Shown here: piece by piece, positions 25,101 through 32,000 of the stretch | How the letters are laid out: each line of letters begins with the position of its first letter | How positions within the stretch are numbered: position 1 is the stretch's first letter | Source: Candidatus Saccharimonadota bacterium | GTDB taxonomy: Bacteria; Bacillota_I; Bacilli_A; Mycoplasmatales; Hepatoplasmataceae | Assembly (NCBI GenBank): GCA_027925325.1 | Contig: AP027133.1 | Span: 480,001 to 512,000, forward strand | Reading direction: 5' to 3' | DNA: 32,000 bases | Translations under genes and position numbers: made by a program | Notes under the pieces: generated by a model | The model's input: only the letters and a program-made list of their open reading frames with translations | Told to the model about the DNA's origin: nothing | Database searches by the model: none

Positions 25101-25679
25101 ATTTAATAATTTATAATCACGATAATCAAATTCAATTCATGATCCTCTGCTAGGGATAATTGAAGATAATTTATAAACAGAAGAATCAGAAGTTGATTGT
25201 GCTCTTGATGCTTTTAATTTTTCAAAATAAACGCCAGGAGAACGGATAATTTGACTAACAATTACTCGTTCTGAACCATTGATAATAAAAGATCCACCTT
25301 CAGTCATAATTGGTAAATTTAAAATAAAGGCATCTTTATCATCGATTACAACTCCTTCTTTTAAATTAATCATTTTAAAATGAGCGTAGACTGGAACAGA
25401 AAAATTATTACCTTTTTCTTTTGCTTCGTTTATAAGATCGATATATTTTGTTTTATCAGGCATATTTATTTTTAAGCCTGTATATTCAACACGAATTTTA
25501 TCCTTTGTTGAATGAACTGGAAAAATTTCACGAAAAATTTCATCAATTCCATATTTGATAAATTCATCAAATCCTTTTCATTGAATATCTAAAATGTTAA
25601 GAACCGGTAAATCAAGTTCATTTTTTTGATAATTTCTTCGTTTTGTATTTTTACCATAAATTTGAATTTTGTAATTCAT
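22104..25679 (-). CDS. rpoB: DNA-directed RNA polymerase subunit beta (1191 aa)
   Basis: Track ORFs 22338-23120, 23283-24140, 24657-25046 and 25137-25463 share one frame. ATG is at 25679-25677 with a GGAGAAAAT ribosome-binding site. Motifs [18 protein letters not shown] and GEMEAWALEAYGA are present. TAA at 22106-22104 is followed by the AAGGAG ribosome-binding site of rpoC. Confidence 0.95.
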
Positions 25680-25735
25680 ATTTTCTCCAATTAATAAATT
25701 TTTAATTATTAAGATTTTAAATTGTTAATTTTATA

Positions 25736-25765
25736 AAAGAGAAAAAAGAAGATATGCTTATCCTC
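25736..25765 (-). terminator. Weak hairpin plus U-run between rplL and rpoB (possible partial terminator/attenuator)
   Basis: The minus strand reads GAGGATA-AGCA-TATCTTC (7 bp with one mismatch) followed by TTTTTTCTCTTTT. Confidence 0.3.
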
Positions 25766-25790
25766 TCTTTTTAAATCTTAGCTAGAGTAT

Positions 25791-26150
25791 CTATTTAATT
25801 TCAATCTCTGCACCAATTTCTTTAAATTGTGCGGCCAATTTTTCAGCTTCATCAGCATCGATATTTTCTTTAATATTTCCACCATTATCAACAAATTTTT
25901 TTGCTTCCATCAATCCTAATCCTAGGGTATCACGGACAAGTTTAATGACAGCTAACTTATTTCCTCCAGGAGATTTTAAAACAACTGTTTTTTCAGAATT
26001 TTCTGCATTATCTCCTTGTTGTCCTGCTGCTGCAACCTGTAGTGCTGCTGAAACATTAAATTCTTCTTCGATTGCTTTAATTAATTTATTTAAATCAGCA
26101 ACTTTCATTTCTTTTAATTCTTTAATAAAATTTTCAATATTTATTGTCAT
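25791..26150 (-). CDS. rplL: 50S ribosomal protein L7/L12
   Basis: The start was chosen at internal ATG 26150-26148 (MTINIENFIKELKEMKVADL). It is preceded by AAGGAGCA and lies after the rplJ stop. The longer track ORF start would overlap rplJ. The C-terminal domain is typical (KLAVIKLVRDTLGLGLMEAKKFVD). Confidence 0.9.
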   Translation of the reverse strand: MTINIENFIKELKEMKVADLNKLIKAIEEEFNVSAALQVAAAGQQGDNAENSEKTVVLKSPGGNKLAVIKLVRDTLGLGLMEAKKFVDNGGNIKENIDADEAEKLAAQFKEIGAEIEIK

Positions 26151-26163
26151 TTTATGCTCCTTA

Positions 26164-26667
26164 TTAACTTTCTTTTTTTGCAACTTCTGTTAATACTATC
26201 GCTAAATTGCGAATGTTTCCAGTTAAAGCCGATACTAACATTGATAGTAAAACCTCTTTTGCAGGTAATGATGCTATCTCCAATATTTCTTTTGGGCCAT
26301 AAAAAATATTTTCGATATAGCCGGCCTTTATTTTAATTTGTGAATCTTTTTTGCCCTTTGTAAATTGTTTAATTAATTTATAAAGTTCAGGAAGAGCTTG
26401 CGATTTTTCTTCTGGAATAATAAGAAAAGATGATGAGTTTTTAAGATAGTCAATGATTTCTAATTTATTTGTATCTTTAAAAGCAATTTTTGCAACACGA
26501 TTTTTATAAACTCGATCTAATCCTTGCATCTCTTTAATTTTGGCTTTAATTAAAGAAATTTGATTTGCTTTTAAACTATGATATTCTCAAACAACAATCG
26601 CATATGAATCATTTATCTTCTTTACTAAATTTTCAATCTGATCTTTTTTTTCTGCTTTAGTTAACAT
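26164..26667 (-). CDS. rplJ: 50S ribosomal protein L10
   Basis: Track ORF 26164-26529 extends through one TGA to ATG 26667-26665 (MLTKAEKKDQIENLVKKINDSYAIVVWEYHSLKANQ), giving 167 aa. Confidence 0.9.
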
Positions 26668-26676
26668 TTTTCCATC

Positions 26677-27366
26677 CTAATCTTTTGCAATTCTAATTCC
26701 TGGTCCCATCGTCGTTGATAAGAATATATTAATAATATATTCTCCTTTAACTTCACTTGGTCTCTTTGCTTTAATTAAATTAAATATCGCTTGATAATTA
26801 GCTTTTAACTCTTGATTAGAAAAAGACAATTTTCCAATCGGAAGATTAATTAATCCTTGATCGTTTGTTCGATATTCAATTTGACCTTTTTTGATATTTA
26901 AAACAGCTGTTTTAACATCTTGTGTTACGGTTCCTAATTTAGGATTTGGCATAAGTCCTTTTGGACCCAAAATTTTACCATACTTAGCAAATTTTGCCAT
27001 ATATTTAGGTGTAGTAACGATATAATCAAAGTCAAATCAATTTTCGCGTTGAATCTTTTCCAAAACAAGCTCGTCATTTACATAATCAGCACCTGCTTCT
27101 TTTGCTTCATTTTGCTCGTTTTTATCAGCTACAACTAAAACTTTTGCTGTTTTTCCTGTTCCATATGGTAAAACAATCGCCCCACGTAATTGTTGAGAAG
27201 CTTTTTTTACATTTAAATTAAGATTAAAAGAAACCTCAACCGATGGATTAAATTTTTCAAAAGAAACTTTTCTTATAATATTTAATCCATCATCAATTGA
27301 ATATAAACGGTTTTTATCAATCAGTTTATTTGCCTTTTGCAAATTTTTTGATAATTTATTAACCAT
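26677..27366 (-). CDS. rplA: 50S ribosomal protein L1
   Basis: Track ORFs 26677-27000 and 27037-27366 are in the same frame and join through TGA (ENWFDFDYIVTTP), giving 229 aa. The motif GKILGPKGLMPNPK is present. Confidence 0.92.
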
Positions 27367-27800
27367 TACTTGTTTTCTCCATCTTCTTTTTTAGAAATTG
27401 TAACACCCATATTTTTAGCTGTTCCAATTACCATTTTCATCGCTGCTTCAAGATTTGTAGTATTTAAATCTTTCATTTTATATTCAGCAATCTCTCTTAC
27501 TTTTTCTAATGATAATGTCCCAACATTTTCTTGTCCGGATTTTTTTGAACCAGATTTAATTCCTAATGCTTTTTTGATCATAACTGAAGTTGGGGTTGTT
27601 TTTAATTCAAATTCAAATGAACGATCATTATAAGCTTTTATAACTACAGGAACAATATCTCCATCTCGATCTTTTGTTGCATCGTTAAAAGCACGTGTAA
27701 AACCTACCATATCAATTCCAAGTCCAGCAAGTGCTGGTCCTGGCTTTGCTTGCCCGGCTGGAAACTGCAATTTTGCAACTCTTGTTAATTTTTTAGCCAT
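27366..27800 (-). CDS. rplK: 50S ribosomal protein L11
   Basis: This is an intact 144-aa ORF (KLQFPAGQAKPGPALAGLGIDM). Its stop overlaps the rplA ATG (TAATG). Confidence 0.92.
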   Translation of the reverse strand: MAKKLTRVAKLQFPAGQAKPGPALAGLGIDMVGFTRAFNDATKDRDGDIVPVVIKAYNDRSFEFELKTTPTSVMIKKALGIKSGSKKSGQENVGTLSLEKVREIAEYKMKDLNTTNLEAAMKMVIGTAKNMGVTISKKEDGENK

Positions 27801-27974
27801 TTCTTTATTCTAACCTTTCAAAAGTAAACTTTAGTTTCACCAGGTAAATTATTTATTACTAAAGTTCTTATTAAAAACTATTTAATAATAACCTCAGTAG
27901 CATATTTAAACATTGTGTGGCTACTTTCTTTGGTTTAAATTATTTAAATAATTAAACACGACATAATTTTACCA
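27801..27974 (-). promoter_or_regulatory. rplK-rplA promoter (TGGTAAAAT at 27974-27966) plus ~160-nt 5' leader
   Basis: An extended -10 nonamer lies 15 nt after the nusG stop. The unusually long untranslated leader contains the hairpin GTAGC...GCTAC. L11-operon leaders are the site of L1 autoregulation in other bacteria, but no L1-site mimic could be verified by eye. Confidence 0.35.
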
Positions 27975-27988
27975 TAAAAAGAAATTTT

Positions 27989-28564
27989 TTAAACTTTTTC
28001 AATGTAATTTAAAGGGAGTTCAATTACTATATTTCGACTAAACATTTCAATTTCAACTAATACAAATTGTTTAATTATAGAAATATCTTTTACTTTCCCT
28101 TTTTTGCCCGCAAATTCTCCCATTTTGATCTCAATCTTGTCATCGATATCATAATTGACCTCTTTTATTGCTTCTTTATTATTTGTTACTTTTTGCAAAT
28201 CTTCGTAATGACTTATTTCTTTTTTTTCGAGTTCTTTAATTTTAATAATTTGCTCTTCTGGAATTGGTGTTGGTTTTGTTCTTTGACCACTTGAACCGAC
28301 AATTCCTGTAACATATTGAGTATTTCTTATGATATATCAAGATTTATCAGTCATATTTAATTTGATATAAATATAACCTGGAAATAATGGTTTCTTTTTG
28401 ATCTTTTTAGTTTTAGTTTGATGATATTTGAATGGAATATAAATTTCTGAAATTCCTGTATCCTTATCTTCAAATTCACGATTATCAAGTGATTCTTTTA
28501 CTTTTTGTTCGTAATTTGAAATAACTTGAATTATATATCATTTAATATTTTTGTCTTTTTCCAT
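27989..28564 (-). CDS. nusG: Transcription termination/antitermination factor NusG
   Basis: Track ORF 27989-28198 (KOW region GEFAGKKGKVKDI) extends upstream through TGA codons to ATG 28564-28562. The N-terminal NGN region is MEKDKNIKWYIIQVISNYEQKVKESL...LFPGYIYIK. The protein is 191 aa. Confidence 0.88.
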
Positions 28565-28594
28565 TAATAATATTTCCTTTAAATTTAAAATTAA

Positions 28595-28762
28595 TTATGA
28601 TAGAGCATCAATTAATGAGGTAACACCTCAAGAAAATAAAACAATAATAATAGTAAGAATAACAATTACAAGTAATGTAAGCAAAAAAACTTTTAATACC
28701 TGTCTAAATTTTGCTCACCTAATTGTACGAAATTGAAATGCGAGTCTTTTAAAAAAATTCAT
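28595..28762 (-). CDS. secE: Preprotein translocase subunit SecE (55 aa)
   Basis: Translation is MNFFKRLAFQFRTIRWAKFRQVLKVFLLTLLVIVILTIIIVLFSWGVTSLIDALS, with a single TM. It sits between rpmG and nusG, and its ATG overlaps the rpmG stop (TAATG). Confidence 0.75.
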
Positions 28763-28923
28763 TATTTGGTTTCTTTATGAATTGTCATTTTATTGCAATT
28801 TTTACAATATTTTTTAAATTGTAAATTTTCATTGACGCCAGAAGATTTATTAATTGCATAATTTCGTGAAAAACATTCACTGCAAACTAAAACAACTTTA
28901 TTCTTACCTTTTTTATTTTTCAT
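28762..28923 (-). CDS. rpmG: 50S ribosomal protein L33
   Basis: Translation is MKNKKGKNKVVLVCSECFSRNYAINKSSGVNENLQFKKYCKNCNKMTIHKETK, with the CxxC...CxxC zinc ribbon and the HKE tail. Confidence 0.88.
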   Translation of the reverse strand: MKNKKGKNKVVLVCSECFSRNYAINKSSGVNENLQFKKYCKNCNKMTIHKETK

Positions 28924-28941
28924 TTTTTAATTTGTGCATAA

Positions 28942-28947
28942 ATTATA
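28942..28947 (-). promoter_or_regulatory. Candidate -10 TATAAT for rpmG-secE-nusG
   Basis: The minus strand reads TTAATATAATTTATGCACAAATTAAAAAATG. The TATAAT is 18 nt upstream of the rpmG ATG and downstream of the sigma-gene terminator. Confidence 0.35.
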
Positions 28948-28961
28948 TTAAAAATCAGCGA

Positions 28962-28997
28962 TTTTAAAAATAAAAACAACATAGTTATTCTATGTTG
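28962..28997 (-). terminator. Intrinsic terminator of the sigma-like gene, with the stop codon in the loop
   Basis: The minus strand reads CAACATAG-AATAA-CTATGTTG followed by TTTTTATTTTT. The TAA stop (28987-28985) lies in the loop. Confidence 0.5.
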
Positions 28998-29620
28998 CCA
29001 AAATTTTTTAATTTATTTGTAATTTTTTTACGATAACGATAAATAGTTTTTTCAGGAATATTTAATTTCTCCGCAGCTTTCTTTACGCTTCCTTCTGTTT
29101 CTAATAATTTTGTTAAAATTTTGTTTTCCTTATCTGTGAAAATTTTGAAATCAATTGTCTTAATTACTCATGTCATAAAATCTTCATCATCATTGAAAAT
29201 TTCTTCTGTTAAAATTATTCCGTAGTTAAAATTATTATTATCAATCGGAATTGCATAATTTAATAAAATATGATTTTTTGTTGTAAATTTTTTTGCATAA
29301 TTTTTTAAATCATATTCAAGAAAAGTTTCAATATAGCTTGCAAACTTTTTTCGACCATTAAATTTATAATCTACTGTTCGTTTATAAAAACAATAGATTC
29401 CATATTGGTAATAATCATCAAATTTTAAAGGAGAATTATCAAATCTTAATGCTACCTTATTTGATATTTTTTTAATAAAAGATTCATATTTACTTAATAG
29501 TATTTTGAAATTTATATCATTTTTTTTGTCTTTATTTTTTTGAATTTTTTGAATTAGGTTCTTTTGTTCTTCATAATCTAATTGTTGATAATTTATTTGT
29601 TGATTTTCTTTAATTATCAC
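28985..29620 (-). CDS. Sigma-70 family RNA polymerase sigma factor, SigH-position (211 aa)
   Basis: Track ORF 29168-29620 starts at GTG and reads through TGA 29168-29170 to TAA 28987-28985. A region-2-like block is present (FDDYYQYGIYCFYKRTVDYKFNGRKKFASYIETFLEYDLKNYAKK), as is a region-4 HTH (LTKLLETEGSVKKAAEKLNIPEKTIYRYRKKI). It occupies the sigH slot of the Bacillus cysS...sigH-rpmG-secE-nusG arrangement. Confidence 0.7.
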
Positions 29621-30326
29621 TTGTTAAAGCGTAAAGAAAAATACCAACCGAAGTTGCTACATTTAAAGATTCAACTTTCGGATTGATATTAATTTTTGAT
29701 GTATAATCAGATGAATTAATTAATGATAAACGAATGCCTTTACTTTCATTGCCAAAAATTAAAACTAAATTTTGATTTAATTTTTTTAACTCTTGTGGTT
29801 GATATTTTCCTTTTAGAATTGTTGAGACAACTCAAAAATTATTATTTTTTAATTTCTTGATAACATTTGCAGCAGAAGATATCATAACAATATCGACATC
29901 TAATCACCCACCAGCCGATGCTTTAATCGCTGTATTTGTAATTTTTGCACTATTATCTTTTGTAATTAAAATCCCATCAACATTAAAAGCGGCAGCATTT
30001 CGTATAATTGCCCCTAAATTTTGTGGATCTTGTATTCGATCTAAAAATAGCAAAATTGATTTTTGCTTATTTTCAATTTTTTTAAGCAATTGATCTAATG
30101 TAAGTTTATCTGGTAGATCAATTTCAGCAATGATGTTTTGAAAATTATTTACATTTGGAAATTTTTTTCTTCAATAATGAAAATCAAATTCAAGCACATT
30201 TATTTTCGCATTTTTTAAGATTTGATAAAAAGAAAAATGTTTACTTTTATCTAAATAAACTTTCTTAATTAAATCTCTTCTTTTAGTAAAAATTTCCTTT
30301 ACGGAATTTATTCCATATATTTGCAT
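29610..30326 (-). CDS. SpoU/TrmH-family RNA 2'-O-methyltransferase (RlmB/YacO-like, 238 aa)
   Basis: ATG 30326-30324 lies upstream of the TTG-initiated track ORF 29904-30089. The frame continues through TGA codons to TAA 29612-29610. SpoU motifs are present (DRIQDPQNLGAIIRNAAAF, LIFGNESKGI, INPKVESLNVATSVGIFLY). Confidence 0.8.
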
Positions 30327-30330
30327 AACA

Positions 30331-31497
30331 CTATTTTTTCATTAAATATTTTAAATTAAATCCAAGAATCTCTAAATTAAAAATTAATTTTTGATATTCG
30401 ATTTCATCAAATTTTTTATTAATCTTTTTTAATTGCAACATCAAATACGAAATTGCATTTGGTGTATTTAAATTATTTTCCAAAATTTTAATGAAATCTT
30501 GATCTATTAAGGATTTTGCGCTTTTATTATTGAAAATTTTATTGATTTTTATCAAAAAATTAGATATTTTTGCTATCTGAATTTTTGCATTATTAATAAC
30601 ATTTTCATTAATATTAATTGGTTTCTGATAATAACTTAATAAAAAAAGCATTCTCAAAGTATTTGGAGAATAAGCTTTTAAAAAATCCTTTGCATAAATA
30701 ATATTATTTAAAGATTTCGACATCTTTTTATTATTAAAATTTATATGTCCGACATATAACCAACTTTTTGCCAATTGATTTTTATGGATTGCTTCATATT
30801 GCGCCATTTCATTAATATGATGTGGGAAATATAAGTCAATTCCTCCGCCATGAATATCAATTCCATTATTACCAAAATATTTTTCGATAAGATAAGAACA
30901 TTCAGTATGTCAACCCGGTCTGCCTTTACCTCAAGGTGAATCGAATTTTATACCTGCTGTTGTTGTTTTTCAAAGAGCAAAATCATTTTGATTATTCTTA
31001 GAAATAATTTTGCTTTGTTTATTTATTAATTCACCCATATCTATATTAAGTTTTGAATTATAATTTTCTCATTTATTTATTGAAAAATAAACACCTTCAT
31101 TAGTTTGATATGCATAATTTAAGTCAAGTAATTTTTTAATAAAATTTATCATTCCAGTTATGTTATCGGACACCTTTGGAAGATAGGTCGGTTTGATAAT
31201 ATTTAATTTTTTTAGAAGAAGTAGATAATTTATTAAATATTTTTCTGAAATTAATTTTTCAGTTTTATTTTGTTTTAAAGCTTGATCAATTATCTTATCA
31301 TCAATATCTGTAATATTATGTACGTAAATAACTTCTTGTTTGTTTACTTTTGCAAGACGATGCAAAACATCAAAAACAACCACTGCACGAAAATTACCAA
31401 TATGAGGATAATCATAAACGGTTGGTCCACAAAGATAAATATTAAGTTTCCCTTTAAATTCTTGTTTTTGTTTTGTATAAAAATCTATTAAAAACAT
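30331..31497 (-). CDS. cysS: Cysteine--tRNA ligase (388 aa)
   Basis: Track ORFs 30331-30807 and 31069-31497 are in the same frame and join through TGA codons. The HIGH motif (PHIGNF) and KMSKS are present, and the stop is TAG. No Shine-Dalgarno sequence is evident. A TATAAT (31512-31507, minus strand) lies only 9 nt before the ATG. Confidence 0.92.
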
Positions 31498-31522
31498 ATT
31501 GATAAAATTATAATAAATAATT

Positions 31523-31728
31523 TAAATAAAAGTAGATAGGATTTAAATCCTATCTATTTAATCATAAATGCACACTTAGGGATTTATGTATCAAAATATT
31601 TAATGAAACTTGTTGCTCACTTGATAATAAAAAAGAGCAACATTTATGCGAGATGCCAAGTATCTTAATTAAATAAGAAGTGCATAAATGCTGCTTTTTT
31701 TCTCTTATTTAATTTTGGATACAAGGCA
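31523..31728 (-). ncRNA. Candidate structured RNA, unit A (sRNA or cysS leader/attenuator); function unknown
   Basis: The minus strand has TTGAGA (31764-31759), an 18-nt spacer and TATAAT (31740-31735). A ~200-nt region with a 20-bp helix and alternative pairings follows. It ends in the hairpin AGATAGGAT-TTAA-ATCCTATCT (31555-31534) plus ACUUUUAUUU, 36 nt before the cysS ATG. Confidence 0.3.
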
Positions 31729-31778
31729 ATATATATTATATCCATTTAACTTTTTAAGTCTCAAAAAATTTATCTTTA

Positions 31779-31987
31779 ATAAAAAAGCAGATAGGCAAAA
31801 CCTATCTACTTCATCATTAAATGCACTTAGGGGATTAATATCTTTTAAATATTTAATGAAACTTAATGTCACTCTATTTATAAAAATAAAAAAGAGCAAC
31901 ATTTATGCGAGACGCCAAGTATCTTAATTAAATAAGAAGTGCATAAATGCTGCTTTTTTTCTCTTATTTAATTTTGGATACAAGGCA
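31779..31987 (-). ncRNA. Candidate structured RNA, unit B (paralog of unit A)
   Basis: The TATAAT is at 31999-31994 on the minus strand, with the -35 outside the window. It has the same 20-bp helix as unit A (31889-31908 / 31941-31960). It ends in the hairpin AGATAGG-UUUUG-CCUAUCU (31807-31789) plus GCUUUUUUAUU. Confidence 0.3.
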
Positions 31988-32000
31988 ATATATATTATAT

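Larger units (their letters stand above)
31523..32000. repeat. Tandem direct repeat, two units of ~255-259 nt (second unit truncated by the window edge)
   Basis: Positions 31626-31741 equal 31885-32000 apart from one difference (t31654 vs c31913). Positions 31523-31625 and 31779-31884 are homologous but diverged with small indels. Confidence 0.9.

Noticed and set aside
26151-26183. Longer rplL start (MQKKKVNKEHK...) given by the ORF track
   Set aside because: It would overlap the rplJ 3' end and lacks a ribosome-binding site. The internal ATG at 26150 is preceded by AAGGAGCA and yields the canonical L7/L12 N-terminus.
31498-32000. T-box riboswitch (single or tandem) controlling cysS
   Set aside because: The position and the leader-plus-terminator layout invite this reading. 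However, the minus-strand RNA has no T-box sequence (no GGUGG/ACCGCG-like antiterminator). I recognised no stem I K-turn, specifier-loop or distal-loop elements. The only UGGN candidate (UUGGC, 31660-31656) would match a GCCA 3' end, not what I would expect for tRNA-Cys.
31523-32000. CRISPR array, or protein-coding ORFs 31688-31927 (+) and 31705-31902 (-)
   Set aside because: Only two long (~259-nt) units are present, with no short repeat/spacer periodicity. The two ORFs are low-complexity read-throughs of the repeat on both strands, with no ribosome-binding site or recognisable protein features.

Overview
The window is a very AT-rich Mollicutes-type chromosome segment that has to be read with genetic code 4 (TGA = Trp). 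The standard-code ORF track therefore splits nearly every real gene and misses some entirely. Examples are rpoB, rpoC, pgi, cysS, a 207-aa membrane protein and two large surface proteins. Re-joining same-frame fragments through TGA gives a compact, mostly minus-strand set of core genes with Bacillus-like synteny. The order is smc-rnc-plsX-fakA(yloV), divergent rpmB, pgi, an ABC-2 transporter operon and a five-tRNA cluster (Tyr, Gln, Lys-CUU, Lys-UUU, Leu-UAA). It continues with rpoC-rpoB-rplL-rplJ-rplA-rplK-nusG-secE-rpmG, a SigH-position sigma factor, a SpoU-type rRNA methyltransferase and cysS. Four regions are not ordinary housekeeping. (1) 14.25-18.09 kb is a visibly even more AT-rich accessory island between the tRNA cluster and the rpoC terminator. 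It holds a CcrM/M.HinfI-family N6-adenine methyltransferase overlapping a PD-(D/E)xK endonuclease, an Abi_2/HEPN abortive-infection-like protein, and an orphan 234-aa protein. (2) 4.66-8.77 kb is a two-gene operon of large signal-anchored acidic Asp/Asn/Tyr-rich proteins with no recognisable catalytic motif. (3) The ABC ATPase carries an N-terminal SAP/HeH-like motif. (4) 31.5-32.0 kb, directly upstream of cysS, holds two tandem ~255-259-nt structured units, the second cut by the window edge. On the minus strand each has a promoter-like element, mutually exclusive helices and an intrinsic terminator. This is the best candidate here for an undescribed RNA element. All calls come from reading the sequence by eye; no database search was possible.
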